64,000 bases of DNA from Chlorokybus atmophyticus (GCA_009103225.1 RHPI01003753.1:61843-125842), one strand, 5' to 3'; counted from the stretch's first letter, positions 15,635 to 31,599 are shown. Notes: generated by a model from the letters alone, not told the origin. Program-made: numbers and translations.

Positions 15635-18600
15635 GGGCGACCTCGTCGCCAGAATCAAGCTGCTGCAAACGGAGGTTGAGACTCAAAGAGCTCGCGCGGA
15701 CGCCGCCGCCATCAGTGGAGAGCAGGTGAGAAAGCAAAGCCAGCTAGAGACAATGCACATCAACTGCCATTTGCATGCACTGTTCTTACAACTCTCGCGT
15801 TCATTTGAGAATCTCAGTTTGAGGCTACATCTACTTGGTGAAATGCGTTCTCTATGCATATTGTATTCTCACTTTGCGTGCATGCATGAGTGGAAATTGC
15901 CTGCATGCTGGTTCGCCATGTGGCACATCGTACCGAACCTGCTGTAATATTATCTTGCCAGCAGTGCACTCAGCAATACATAGCGCTGTTCATTACTCAT
16001 GACTATGGGCTTAGCATTGTAAACACGGTTCAAGGTCGGGTCCGTGAGACAGGTCTTGCGGTCAGGCATGATAGTAATTACTTGCATGGAAACTTTCATG
16101 GGTCTTGATGTCTGCATGCATCGGCATTCTTGCGTGTGCATTCTCTTGACGTGCAATTCGCTACGACTACGACGTCTACAAGTCATTGCTGTCACGGCGT
16201 ATCACATGTTTTTGCGTGGCAATTTTGCTCTGCGATTGCCAATGTGCTGCAGCAGTCATCACAGGTGTACCAATATCTGGTAACAGGCATATACACAAGT
16301 TGGTCTGTTGGTTCCTTTACCCAAACACATGTGCGGGCGTGGTGTAGGTGGCAGCAAGCATAGAGCAGCGGTACTTGTCCATCGTTGCGGAGCACCGGGC
16401 ATGCCAGAGAGAATGTGAGACACTTCGCGCCAACCTTGAATCCGCTCGCGCGGATGCTGCCGAGGCCAGGGCCAGCGCTGCGCGCGTGCAAGCCTCGAAT
16501 GTGAGAGACACTGCCGAATACATACTGATACTAATTTGATAACGTCCTTGCTTACACCAATGCTTCTTTAACAGGTCGATGTGGCGACAGCAACAGAGAA
16601 GCTAAAGCAGGAGCTGCATGCCCTGCAGTCATCGCATGCAGAGGTCCTTTCGCAGTTGGCCTTGAAGGAGTCGGAGCGACGCGAGCGCGAGGCTCTCCTG
16701 ACAGCAGCCACAGAGCGGGCTGCTTCCCTTGCAGAGGAGCGTGCGCGCGCGGCCGCTGCCGTCAGGGATGGGGTCAGAGAGGGAGCGCAGGCACGTGCGG
16801 AGGCAGCAAAGCTCTCACAAGAAAGAGATCTGCAGCATCGTCATCAGCAATGGCTTGAAGATGAGCTTCGCGCCAAGCAGGAAGCCCTGTTGGCTGAACG
16901 CCGTGCATCTGGTGAAGCTCAAGCGGATGCACGCACACGCATTGCTGATCTCGAGAGGGCTCAGCGAGAGGATGCTGCGGCCCTCAAGGCTAGCAAAGAC
17001 CGTTGCTCAGAGCTGGAGACAGCCCTTGCTGAGGCCCAACAGGTGCGTCCTGAGCGTCTTGGGATCACGTTGTGAGTGTCTTGCAATCACTTGCAGCTGA
17101 GCTCAAGGTTGGTGGTCCACTGGCTGTGCAGGCTCTCAAGGATGCCAAAGACAGGCTTGCGCAGGAAGAGGAGCAGTTCGAGCGAGAGCTGGCTACGGTA
17201 TGAACATGCTGTGGGTAGATGGGTGCGGGTGTGCATGCACGTGTTTCTTGTGCGCACGTGCCTGCGCGTGTTACATAGGTGAATGGACGGCATAGTCGTC
17301 AACCTCTGTATGTTCCCAATGTGCAGGCCACACGCCTGTCGGACTTGTACAAGGAGAAGTCTGAGGAGCGTGAAGGGAAGTGTGTTGAGCTTGAAGGTGT
17401 CGTTGGCGCCATGCAGGTTCAAACAGCAGAACAGCATGCACTCTCTACCTCGTGTGAATGCACAGTAGGTCAATGTCCTTTGCACGCAGGAACACCTCAA
17501 GACCTTGCTTGCTGAGCATGAGACAGCAGTCCAGGCAGAGAAGGAAGCTCGCGTGGCTGCTGAAAAGGCAAGGGACTTGAGTTGGGCGCTTGTCAAGGCT
17601 GTTCTCTCCTTGATGTGCTCATTGTTAACTCCCTGCAGGAAGCGGCAGACCTAAAAGAGCAGCTCAAGCGCACAATGGATGCCCTGCAATCTGGTGGCAG
17701 TGCAGGCGTTGTCTCTCTGGCCCTCTCCACGCGGTTGGAAGGACGGAGGTATGTTCATGCGAGTCAACATACCACTGCACCATCATGGTAGCTGATGTAC
17801 GTAAGCAGGGATTCCGACAGTGACCCGCGGCAGCTACTGGAGATGTCTCCCGCAGCGGCTGCAGCGGCAATGATGCGGGAGGGCATGACGTTGACTGAGA
17901 CATACGCACGCTATGCTGAGACCGCGGATGCGTGGCGCCACGAAAGGCAGGAGCGGCAACGCCTGCAGACTTACCTTGATCAGGTGCATGTGCGGCAGCA
18001 GGCCATGCCGGGCACGCATGAAGTGTGACCCAAGCGCGCAGTAAGGTCGCACACTTGACTCATTGGCTTGCAGATTCTCGCTGACCTAGAAGAGAAGGCA
18101 CCATTGATACAGGCACAGAGAGGTAAGCCGGTGCCTGAAGCTCTTTGAAATATCTGTTGCTGCATGTGCTTGATGCGAGCATTGTTGTTGCATCACAGAA
18201 GAGTATGACGGCATGGTGCGATCCCATGAAACACTACTTGCCCGCCTGGATGATGCTGCGGAGGACGCTCGTCGCCAGCAAGCCCTTATCAACCAGCTGC
18301 AGGCACGTGTCCATTCTTGTTTTTGGGATCATGTACTTATCTCCATAAGACGTGTAACCTGTACAGGCCACGATCTCACGTGACGCAAGGGAGAAACGAA
18401 ACCTTGAAGCACACGCGCAAGACCTGTCGCGCCAAGTACAGGTACTGCTTCTGGAGGTGCAGGAGGTCAAGAAGGCGCGTGGCAATCGGCCCTCTGCCAA
18501 CACCAACACTGCCCTTGTGATGGTGCAGCCTCACGACTCCACCGACCCCGTTGAAGCCATGGTATTGTAGTTTTCCGTGTGTTAGCAAGTTTCGTGGGGC

Positions 18601-21600
18601 AGCATGCAGCATGCAGCAAATACTGTTTTGGTTCCAGGTGGAGTTCAAGGATGTTGCGGAAATGCAACAACGCAATAAGGAGCTGTTAGAACTCTCACGC
18701 CGTCTCGAGAGTGACCGGAATGCTTTGGAAGCAGATATGAGGGTGAGTTGGCGTTACTGTTGCTGGAATTATTGGGCATGGCAATGTCTGCGTGTGCCCT
18801 GTAGTCACTGCTCATGTGCTCAACATGGCAGCAAGAGTTTGAAGAGCGGCTGCGAGAACGATTGGAAGTGGTTGGTGCTGAGCTCAATGAGTTCAAAGAG
18901 CAGAGGCAGAAGCTGGAAGGCCTTGTCGGACAACTCGTGCGGCAGGTGCAGAACAGAGTCTTGGGGCAGCATCGCTTGTTTGCAAGATTCCCCTTGTTAA
19001 GCTATGGCTTTTTTGCAGCGTGACATGTACCGCACACTAGCAGACACTGCCGCTGCCAATGCATCAGCGAGCGCCGTCGTCGTCAACCAGCAGAGTGCAA
19101 ATATAGCTGGTATGCACACGAGCAGTGTTTTGGGTCGTTCTCCCACCAACTGTTTAAGTTGTCTGGTTCTTAAATGCCAACCTCGTCTCGCAGATTTATC
19201 AACTGCCGAGGCGCTGGCAGACCTTCGCGCAGACCTGGAGCGCATGCGGACGGAGGCAGCGGAGAGTGCAAAGGTCCTGCGCGAGCAGCTCGCCACCTCG
19301 GAGGAGGCTGCAAGGGCTGCAGGGCGTGAGAGAGCCCGCGCTGATTCTGCTGCAGAGTTTGAACGTGCCAGGAGTGCACGAGCAGAGGCGGCCATGCATG
19401 CTCAACGCCAAGTACGTGCAAGAGTGAGCGGCTTGCTTTTACACAATCTATGTATTGATTGCATGTATTGTCTGGCTTGGTAGGAGGTTGAGGCGGTGAC
19501 CAAGAGGAACGTGGAGCTGGTACAGTCGTTGACGGAGCACCAGAGGTTGCTGAGGGAGTCACGGCAGGTATGGCCATGAAGGCGGTGGTGACACTAGTGC
19601 CTAAACAACTTTCAACTGCGGTTCTCACAGTGATGCCACGGTACTGCAGGCCCTCGGAGATGCACAGGATGCCACCAATGCGCTGCGTCAACGCGTGGCC
19701 ATGGCTGAGGCCGAGCGTGACCTCATCAGAAAGGCGGAAGAACGGGCCGGCACAGAGGCTGCAGCTGCAAGTGCAGAGCGTTCGAGGGCACTGGTACACA
19801 CTGTTGTCATCTCGCGTGGGGTGCCTTGTAACGTTGTGCGACAACATGTTGTTGCAACTGTTTCTTGTCCGGCGCCCAGGTCAAGCTGGAAACATTGGAG
19901 GAAATGCATGCAGCACGCCTTAACCAAGAGATATCAGAGCGTGCTCGCCTTGCCAGTGAGGCGCAACGTCTAGGGGGAGAGCTGGATGCATTTCGGCGCC
20001 GATTGGATGATGAGCGCGCCAAAGCACATGAGACGATTGAAGGGTACCGTGTCACGCATGCAAGCAAGGAGGAACGCATAACGTCCCTGGAACACGACCT
20101 TGACAATGCACGAAAGACGGTCTCAGATGCAGTGGCCCGTGCACAGTCAGCTGAGGTACGTGTCCTAGCTTTGTCGAATGTTGAGTATGCCATGGCTGAT
20201 TTGTAACTTGTCAACAATTAGGCTCGTGTGAAAGACCTGGAGTCAGAGCTGGCCAAAGCTAAAGAGAAGCTGAATCTCTTGACCACGGCGTCATCTGATG
20301 CTTCAGCGGCTGCACGTGATGCAGCAGAAATTATCCGCCTCAAGGATGAGCTGGCAAACGCGCGTGAAGCTGCAGCAGCTGCAGCAGGCCACATGAACCA
20401 GTACAAGGCCATTGCCGGGGCCAATGAAGAGGCTCTTGTAGCCATGCGCAATGCCTATGAGAAGTTCAAGGAGGAGAAAGAGCACGCTGAGGAGAATGCA
20501 CGCCATGAGAGTGAGCGATTGCGGGAGCGAATCCAAGAGCTTGAGGAGGAGGTGCGGAAGTTGAGAGAGGTAGCCAGGGAAAGGGAGGAGAAGGCAGGCA
20601 AAGAGGAGGAAGAAAGCAGGACGAAGGTTGCCAAGCTACAGGCACAGGTTGGTAAACCATGCTGCGTGGGTGAAACATGTGCATGGGCTCTTGTTCTTTG
20701 TGTACATTGCTTGGGCCAGAACAAATCTGTTTACTGATGTTTTCCTTTTGGAGGCTTGTTGGAAGGGTATTGCATGTGCATCTGCATTCAACAACTGTTG
20801 CATTTCAGGTTGATGAGCTGGTGGCCGAGAAGAGTGTTGCCAGTGCTCGTGAGGAGGCACTGCAGCAAGATGTTGCTCGTTATGACAGACTTTGGAGAGA
20901 AGCCAAGGGCAACTACGAACGCGAGGTGTGTACCCCATCCCATGTTACTCTGTCTCGGCACGCACACGCACGCACACGCACAACGTGTCCAAACCAGGCA
21001 CGTGCATACATAAAAGATGAGTCAACTATCAACAATATGCCCCTTTGCAGGTCCTTTTGCTGGCAGAAACCATCAAGTCCCTTTCGGCCACCTCTGAAGC
21101 TCGCGATGCAGCCTTGTCTGAAGCTACAGACCTCAGGAGTCGTGCTGCCAATGCTGCTGCAGAAGTGAACGCACTCCAAGGCAAGTATGCCCTTGATACA
21201 GAGGAGCTGCAGCGAAAGGTGACGCAAGCAGAAGGCAAAGCACGAGAACTTGAAACACAGGTAGCACTGACATAAATTGGCGTGAGCTGTTGAGTGCAAT
21301 ATTGTTGACAAGCATGTGAAGACGTTAGTCACTTACTGCTGGTCTGTCATCAGAATCGCTTGCTGCTGAATCAGTTGCAAGCTGAGGAGAGGGCTGTGGT
21401 GGATGGTGCCGTGGACAAGGCTGGTGGCAATGGCAGCGCAGCAGGTGAAAGCGGTATCAAGGAAGTGATTGCGTATCTGCGACGCGAGAAGGAGACACTG
21501 GAGTGCCGCGTGGCCCTTCTTGAACAGGAGTCCCGTCGCCTGCAGCAGAAGGCTGAACAAGCCGTGCGCGCGGCCTCTGATTCTCAGGCGCAACTCCAAG

Positions 21601-24600
21601 CTCAGACACAACGGACTGCCGCCTCTGCGCAGGGGCAAGAAGAACATCGCCAACTCATGGCCCAGGTCAGACTCATACTTGTGCATCAGATGTGTTCACT
21701 TACACACGGCTTAAACGGCTGCCTTACCCCTGCCAGGTGGAGCAACTAAACTTGCTGAGGGAAAGCAATGCTATGCTGAGGGATGAGAATGAGCGCAACC
21801 TTCGCACTGCTGCGGAGTGGCGGGAGAAGGCCGCTGCTGCAGCCGCAGAGGGCGAGCCCTTGAGAGCCCGCATACGCGAAGTGGAGGTGTGATTGTGGCA
21901 AAACCACATGTGTTCATAGTACAACTATGCGGTGATCCTGACCTGTGAGTGTGTGTGTCAAGGCGGATCTGGAGGCAGGCAAGGCGGCACTCAAGTCAGT
22001 GGAGGCCCAAAGGGATCGCTGGCAGGCGCGCGTCGAGCAGCTTATGGACAAGTACAAGGCTGTGGATGTCGACGAGCATCGCCGTGTTGTGGCGGAGTTG
22101 ACAGAGGCCCAAGCCCAGCTGGCTACCTGCCGGGCTGATCTCCAGGCTGCGGCTGCTGCTCAGCAGGTGACCACAACCTCCGAGTTGAGAACTTTGCAGT
22201 TTTCGTGTGTGAGTTCTTATCTTGCCCTTCTACCAGGCTGCTGTGGTCAAGTCAGTGGAGGAGGCTAAGGCTTCAGCATCAGAGTCTTTGTCGCGGTTAG
22301 AGAAGGAGCTGGCACAGGCCAAGGAGACCATCGCTGCCAAGGACACCGAGCAGGCGAACACTGCCAAGGCCCTGGAGGAGCAGAGAGCCAAAAGTCTTAC
22401 GGCTACACGTGCTGCCAACAGATGGAAGGCGATGCTCGATACTGCTAACACTCGCATCAGTGAGTTGCAAGCTGCTGCCGCCTCCGGCTCCTCTGCTGCA
22501 CAGGTACGTGCATATATTGAGTGTTGCATCGCATACCATTCGGGCAGTATGTGAGCTTGTGTGTGTGTGATCCTGTAGGCGAGTCAGGCAGCTGTTGCAT
22601 CAGCCAAAGCGGAGCGCGAAGCATTGGAGAAGAAGCTTGCGACTGCCGAAGAGCAGATCAAGCGCGTCGTGGACCAAAAGCAGAAGGCAGCCGCTGCAGT
22701 CGCAAACATCGCAGAGAAGTCCAAGGCGCAGCAGATCAATTTGCGACAGGTTTGTAAAGCATCTGTATGAGGTGTCTGGATAAGAATGACCACATCACCT
22801 GATACAGCTGTTCTACACTTTCGCAGCAAATTGCCGAACAGCAGACTCGTATTGCCGCACTTGAAGCCGATCTTTTGGCTGCAAGGGGTTCTGCAGCTGG
22901 TACCAAGCCAGCATCAGCACCATCAGAGCCTGCAGCAACCCCGGCACTTGCAGTTGTGGCAGCAACACCCGCGCCAGCAGTCCCAACACCTGCGTCTGCA
23001 CAGCTCGCAGTGGTACCAGCCGCCAAGCCAGCCACACCCGAGCCCCCTTCAGCTCCCGCCACAACCACGTCTGCGCCAGCAGCTGCGGTTTCTGCACTGG
23101 TACCTGTGGTGACAGCATCTGCGCTGGTACCCGTGCCTGAGGTAGCTGTCCCGGCAACTAAGCCAGCAACACCAGAGCCGCCAGCAGTACCGGCTGCAGC
23201 AACAACGTCCGCCCCGACGTTCGCGGTATCAGCGGTTGTGCCAGCCATAACGGCATCAGCGGTATCAGCGCCTACTGCGGCAGTAATGGCAGAGTCGCGA
23301 AAGGATGTTGCAGCTGCGGCCGAAGCAGAGATGCAGCGGATGCGTGCGAGCTTGCTGGAGCGCCAGCTGCTAGTGCGGCGCCAGCATGCGCAGCAGGAAG
23401 CTGACAAGCAGCAGCAGGCAGAGGTATAGTCCGCTTGCATGTGTAGGATCTCCTACATGATGTTGACGTAGAACTCTGTGTGCAGCAGACCGCAAAGGCG
23501 CCTGAGGCACCTGCCAAGCGGCCTCCATCAGCAGCAGGAGCGTCTGGCCGCGTAATTCGCGTGGTTGGGGCCTCTACTGCCACAACCAGTGCGGTTACAA
23601 GCACAACCGCACCAACCATGGTTACGGACATCACAGCAACTCCTGACAATGCAGGTAGGAGGAGGGAAGCACACTGGGCCAGTACTACTGTACATGTGTA
23701 TGTGAGCGTGTGCAGGCGTTTGTAGTGTGCAATCAAATTGCAACAATGTGCATCTGCAGTGCCATCAGCAAAGAGAACCCGGGCAGAGACTGCATCAACA
23801 CCAGCAGAGGCTGTGCCAACAACCACACCTACGCCTGCAGCTGAGCAGGAACAGAAAGAGGCAGAAACTGAGAGCAGAGGGCCGGAAGCTGCGCAGGGTA
23901 TGCCTGTGTGAGCATGCATCTGTGTCGCATACATGTCTGATACATATGTACGTGCAGAGTCGCCACCGGCAAAACGCTCACGGCTTGTGCAAGCACCCGC
24001 TGCGCTGAGTGCTGAAGCGCCGGCTTTTGTGCCCACCGAAGCAAAAGGCGCGGCAGCAGCTGAGACCGCTGCGGCAACTCAGGTTGAGCCGCCGGCTGAA
24101 GCCACTGAGAAGGATGGGGAGGAGCAGGCAGAGGTTGAGAAAGAGCAGCGTGCGCCTCATACTGCCATGGCTGCACCGGAGGCAGGTGATGCAAGCAAAC
24201 CTTCACAGGCTGCGGCCGAAGCAGATACAGAGCAGCCAGCAGTTGATGATGGTGCAAAAGAAGATGAAGCCAAAGGAGCTGAGAAGGCAGAGGAAGTTGG
24301 CAAAGTGGATGAAGATGAAGAAGAAGGAGAAGGAGAAGAAGCTATTGAAGAGCCAGATACAGCCTTGGACAGTACTGTGACAGATCCAAACACACCTGCA
24401 GGTAGCGCATCAGGGCGAAGAACATGTGTGCATGCAGTAGGAGGAGGAATGTAAATGTGTAGCATGGTTGCAGAGGATACAGGTGACGTCATGGCGGACG
24501 ACCTGGAAGAGGGCGAATATGATGACAACATGGAAGGTGCGAAGAACGAGGGCATGGGCGACGAAGACAAAGACCACGGCATGGAGGGTGGTGCTGGCGA

Positions 24601-26028
24601 CAAGACTGAGGAGATGGCTGATGCGGATGCGCCTTCACCTGTAGCGGTAAGTGCACATGCATGCTTGACAGAACTGTGCCAAGCATGAGTCGCGGATGTA
24701 ACTTCAGGATCTGGACATGGATGCACCTCCTGGTGATGAGCAAGATGAGGGCATGGCTGATGTTGACGCCATGATGGCTGAGGCAGCTGAGGCAGGCACC
24801 ACTATCGACGCACCCTCTCCTCCACTAGAGGTACGTTCCCATTGCGGAGCATAGGCACCTTGCGCAAGAGTGGTATAGACCGGCTTGCAGTGCAATACTG
24901 ATACAATTGACTTGTTACAGCCTACTGATGAGCCGCAAGTGGAAGCGCCATCAGCAGAAGTGCCACCAGCAGCTGAAGCTGCGACAGATGTTGTGCCTGA
25001 ACAAAATCAGGAGGAGACGCGCCCTGCTTCCACACAGGATGCGGCTGCTGATGACACGCAATTGCAACAACATACCAGCAAGCAGGCTGAAGCTTCGCCT
25101 GCACAAGGTGAGTCGTGTGTTGTTTTGTTGTGTTGTGTGGAAGCTCACAGCCGAACCTGTTGCCGTGCAGCGACAGGTGAGAAGGCGGCAGCTCAGTCTG
25201 TTGCTGCGGGTGCTGCGGCCGACGTGGACATTGACGAGCTGATTGCCGCGGCCGTGGGGGAGGGTGCGGAGGGGACGGAAGAAGGCGAGTATACTGAGGA
25301 GAAGGTTGCGGACACCAAGGAGGAGGACAAGGATGGTGACAAAGAAGGTGAGAGTGGCAAAGAGGAGGGCGCAATGCCAGGGACGAGACGGCGCACGAAG
25401 GCACTCGCAGCTGCAGCTCAGCGACAAGCGGCACAAGGAGGAGCACAACTGGCACAAGGAGCACAGGGTGAGGGCGCCGGCAAGGATGGCACAGGTTGGT
25501 TCATCCGCTCACTTAAGCTAAGGATGTTGTTGTTGGTCATGTTGCAGCGGGTGTCATGTGTGGTGTGATGGTGCACAGATGGAGGCGGCGAGCGTCCCAT
25601 AGGCAGGGTGATCAACCTCTCGGGCGTGACACGGACGCGCCCAGGGCCTGCACCATCTTCGGGGCCACCAGCTTCGTCACCTGAGGTGCCAGCTGGCAAG
25701 GGACGGACTGTTCGGGCAACCACATCGCAGGCTCGCAGAGCGGCCAATGTCGGCCGCGCCTCCACCCGCGCAGTGCAGGCTGCCATTGGACAGGCTGCAG
25801 GGGAGGCAGGCGGGCCGCAGAGGCGCCAGCCAGCCCCAAGAGGTATGTGTGTCGAAGGGTGTGGTGTGAGTTTGGGAGTTGCTACCACTTACACTCTTGT
25901 TGTGTTCAGGACGGGGCCGTGGTGTCAAAGGTGCTGGGCGTGGTGGTGGAGGGGAGAAAGCTCCTAGCGGGGAGCGGCCTACCACTTCCAATCCCTTTGA
26001 TGCGCTTAAGGATGCCAGCACAGAGTAG
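15588..26028 (+). CDS. NUA: Nuclear pore anchor / TPR-MLP1 family nucleoporin (long coiled coil plus disordered acidic tail), dozens of exons
   Basis: EVETQRARADAAAISGEQ|VAASIEQRYLS resembles the plant NUA N-terminus. VEFKDVAEMQQRNKELL, EAKGNYERE|VLLLAETI, VIAYLRREKETLECR and VEQLNLLRESNAMLRDEN are TPR/MLP hallmarks. RVINLS..RARP and an RG-rich end finishing SNPFDALKDASTE* (TAG 26026-26028). Confidence 0.93.
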
Positions 26029-26601
26029 TCCGTTTCCAATTCACTTTGCAGTGTTTCCTTTGTGGTTATGTTTGGCTTGCTGAGTGCTTGTAACATTTGC
26101 AATAAGCTGATGCATGTAGACTACAGGTAGTAGCAGAGGGCGGGTCTGGTCGAGCACACGGGATAACCATGTGGAAAGGAGTGCAATATCTGTGAACCGA
26201 ATGTTACTGCTGCTTGTAACACACATGTCACTTGTTGCAGTTCCGAGTGACCATACCATGGTCGTTGCTAGTGATGCATAGCACACTGTTAACGCACTCT
26301 TATTGCTATATGTTGCTCACATCTAACAAGCGCTGCGACTCTCAAAGGGATGGGCACCAGCGTTTGTCAGTGACAGCGTTACAGCAACTTCTATTCACAA
26401 TAAAAATGGAACATATTTAAGTTGCAGTGACAAAAGTCAGCAATGGGGTTTAGTTACAGGTGATCAACCTGAATCTTGACACAGAGGCAGGGTGCATCCA
26501 GCAGCGCTGTGCTGGCGGGAAAATATGAAGTGGACTGCGCTCACTGCATTGTGCCACAGCGGTAAGTAACACATCAAGTTTGGTGAGTTGGAACAACTCC
26601 T

Positions 26602-26967
<366 letters not shown>

Positions 26968-27774
26968 CTCTGACGAAGACAAGCCATGATACAGAGCGTG
27001 GCGGAACTTGAGCTTGACAGCAAGAGGGCACTGCGGGTACGGCATTGTCAAGGCGTTGAGCAGTGCCGCAGCAGCCTCGCTTGCAAACAGATTCGCCTGA
27101 CAGACAATCAACCTCAGTTACGTTATATTGACCAATTGCATGAGTTATAGTTGCAGCCATGACACCTCGCATGAGCCAATTGACCTGGTTGTTGCGTGTA
27201 CGCAGGGTTTGTGTCATAGTGCGGTTGCCGTAGAAGTGCCGAATGACGGCCGCGTCCTGCGCAGCGCGGCTTGCAAACGCCGACCACAGTTGCGTGGAGG
27301 GCTTGATGCCGGCGCGGACGGGGTAGTGGCACGTATAGCTTGACGATGTCCAATCAAATGGGGCACAGCCCCGCCGCCCAACGGCTCTTCCATTGGGGGG
27401 ATACTCCGCTCTGGTCATGTAGCAAACAATAAATCCATTAGACATGCAGAGGCAATGCATGTTGCAATGCGGGCTTTGACGTATGGGCTGCATGCTTGCT
27501 TGTTCTCCACGACATGGACGCTGGTAGTTTTGGAGGAGCTCAAGCCGTTCTGCGTGATTGTGATGGTGATGGTCTTGACTCCCGAGGCGCTGTACCGACA
27601 AAATTCCTTTTGGCTCTCCCTGCACGTCACACTTGTGGACTGCAAGCGCTTGCTGATAGCTAATACCAGGAGGCAAGCACCTGTACACTTGTACTGTTGT
27701 GCATGAAGCTGTGCGCGCGCATGCACGCAGCTTCATGCACATTCCCGCATGCACACGCGCGCACGCAGTCAAAC

Positions 27775-28077
<303 letters not shown>

Positions 28078-31000
28078 GCACACGCACGCACCGCAATGGA
28101 GTCTATGCCGCACGCAATGGTCTTAGTGAAGTCATTGCACAGTTTTGCGCTTGTGGGCGCAAAGACGCTAACGGCCTCACCGACGGCCGGGAATCTATTG
28201 CCGGTTGCTTGATCCAAGCCTATAAACGATTTTTGGCCGGGAGTTGGTGAGGGTGAGAGTTGTGCTGAGCACCAGCGGGGCGGAAGGGGCGCCGGGGCAT
28301 GGCGATGCGGACCTAAGTCGGGCGCTGATGGGATACGTGCCTGGGGTCAACCGCAAACTTTGGGTGTCAAGACTAAATCTGGTACTTGCCACGTTGTCGT
28401 TGAAGGCACCGTCATTGTCAAAGTCCCAATCCATCGTTTGCTGGTTGCCGCATGCGTCCACGCCCGTGTCTCCATATAGCGTTATTGTCTGACACGGCTC
28501 AGAGGGGAGCGGATCATCAAGGCTGCGAAAACACAAAGTCTCCCTCTCAGCAAGGGCATGCTAGTGTTGGCCCAGCAATTTTAACTTCATGCCGTTACAT
28601 GCATGCGTCATTGTGACACTCACTAGTTGAATGTGCCAATGGTCGGGTTGCTCGAGTCAAGTACAAACCACCACTTGCCCGCCTGCGCAGGAGCGAACGG
28701 CATGCGCGTGCGTGATGACACGAGGAGCAGATGCTGGCAAACCAACATAGTGCATGCACGCTTGCTCACCTGTCCAGCGTTGGAGTTTTTGTCAAAGGTG
28801 GCGACGGAGAGAGAGCTGGGCAGCCGAAACGAGCGTACGCCATCACCGAGATTGAATCCCGCTTGAACTGCAGCAACATGCACGAAATTGTCAGTATCAC
28901 ATGATGCTGTGATGTGCGACGTGCAAGACATATGTACCATTCTACCAAAGCAGATTGCTCCTCACAGGCGGGAAAGGGGCCCCCGAAGGTCAGCACGGGG
29001 TAGAGCAAGCCCACGAAGACCGTGCGTGTGTTAAAGGCTATCACCGCTTGGAACGTGGTGCGGTTTAACGTGAATTCAGTGCAGCATTCTGACACCTGAA
29101 CAAGAAGTAAGTCAGGAGATTTGTAGCATCCATCACCACAACACACGCACTGCTGATGGCATCTAGACACGCACACAAACACGTACACGCACGCGCGCAA
29201 GTGCACACACGTGTAGGCAGATGCATGCACGCGCGTTCAGCATCAAACACCACACCACACACATGCAACTGCACACGCACACAAACACGTAAGCGCGCAC
29301 GCAATTGCAGACAGATGTGTGCAGACACACACGCGCGCGCTCATGTGCGCATTCGCACTCACATTGTACCATGTCGCGATGAGCGCCGACTCGGCCGTGA
29401 AGCCCGCTGCGAGCGCTTTATCTGGAAAGACACCGTGTATGTCGCTGGTGATGTCGGCCAGGAGCTTGGCATCGTCGACCGCACGGTAGGCCGCAAAGGT
29501 GCAAGCGTTTCCATTACAGTCATTGTCGACGATGGCACTGTAACCGTCATCTGCGTCGCCGATAAAGAGGTTTGCCCCGAACGCTGCCACCATGCTGCAG
29601 TCAAATGCCCCGAGGATGGGGAACGGGCGATCTTGGGGGCGGAAGTCATCTATGTTGCCACTTTGGAAGTGCACGGCGCCTGCAAGAAAGCAAGAAACGT
29701 ATTGGAAGCTGAAACACACTACCGCCAGTATAGCAGCAAAGTGTAAAGCGCCAAGGCAATCAAGAACAAGTAGGCGTCATGGAAGAGCAATCTCAACAAA
29801 TGCACTCCCAACTCCAGAGTGCCATTCTGCAGTTCAAAGCACAAGCAACAGTAGAGCATATGTACTTACGAAACCATCACAACCATTACATTACCGTTCA
29901 CATTGACGAATGCCCCTTTTATACTGGGGGTTCCGAACACGGGCACGGCGTATGGCAGCGGGATCAGGTTGGAACTGACGTCATCGCCCTGCAACAAGAG
30001 CCGGCCTGTGAGTGCCACTGTGTGGTCTGGCATGGTAAGTATGGTAAAGCTCCCTGCACAGAGCGCCGATTGCAATTACACAGTTGCCAGTTGCTGTGCA
30101 TGCGTGCATGGCGAGCTTACGACACAATGATGGTGTCGCCGTTGGCAGGGCCGAAGGGGTACAGGTCGTCGACGGTCAGGGCGCCCACGTAACCACTCAG
30201 CACCACCGCCACCGCCAGCAGCAGCAGCGCCAGCGACTGAGTAAGTTTCTTCTCTCCGAGAGCCGTCTCTCTTACACTGCTGCTCAAGCAATGCTCACGC
30301 TTTGTCAGTGAAAGCTTACTCGCTGCCTCATCCATACAGGCGCACAGGCATAGGCGCACACATGCGCATGCAAACATGCACACACGCACACAGAGCTATG
30401 CACGTACCGGCGGCGATGATGGCTGCCGTTGAAGAGGAGAAAGCATACACCGGCTGGCTTACCGCCAGCAGTTGCAGCTTGCAACACATACACTGTACGC
30501 TAGAGCCATCCCATCACACATGCGGTTGCTTACATAATTGACATCTACCGGCAAAAGGGACACGGATTGTACTGAAAGTCTCCTATCAACAGCTCAGTAA
30601 AGTCTCTGAAGTCATACTACTGACATGCATGTCGTACTGCTGCCATCAGCCTGCCAAGCTGGATGTTTCAGCCGCTGAAATCAGCAAGCACTTTTGAACA
30701 CCAACTATGCCTACATGCTGCATGCCGCTGAACTTTGCGTCCTGAGCGGACCAATCACCTTATGCGGAAGGGGCTGCATTTGGCATGTTGGGTGCAATTT
30801 GCAGCCCAATCCGCCCGCTGCTGGTAACGCAGCACGGAACAAAGCGCCAGTATTGCTGGCGCTTTGTTCCGTGCTGCTTTATCGACACGACCGGACACGT
30901 AAACCGCGGCTAGTAGCAAGCCCTGGTGGCTGCGGTTCATCCTACCCATCTGCCTTGCAACAACAGTCGTGTTGCCTTGTGTGCGTGTGTCGTGAGGTGC

Positions 31001-31599
31001 TGATAGCACTGTCATTGTCACCGTTGCCGGCATTAACGCTGAACTCTTCCTTCTGCTTCCCTGCGTGCCTCGCACGGTAAGCCCGCTAGTCACACCTTTG
31101 CCCTGCCTCTGCTCAGCACGCACTTGCACTTGCATTTGCGTACATATGTTAGCAGCCCCAGTAGGCTATGTGGTAGAGTTGGTGTTGAGAGATTATCATC
31201 GATATCTTCTGAGGTTGAGCATCGTCTACTATTGGATTTCGATACCATATACACACAAACCACACAAACTCGACTAGCCTAAGCTATGGGGGTTGATGCA
31301 AGCAGATCCAAGCAGTGACAGGAGTGCAATATCTGTAAACAGAATGTTACTATTGCTTGTCATACACATGTCACTTGTCGCAGTTCAACGTGACCATACC
31401 ATGGTCGTTGCTAGTGATGCATAGCACACTGTCCACGCACTTGTTTTATTGCTATAGTTCACTCACATCTAACAAGTGCGACTCTCAAGGAAATGGGCAA
31501 TAGCGTTTGTCGGTAACAGCGTTACAGCAACTTTCGCTCACAAACAACTTATTCAAGTTGGAGGGTCAAATTCAGCGATTGGGTTCCCGCTGCAGGTGA

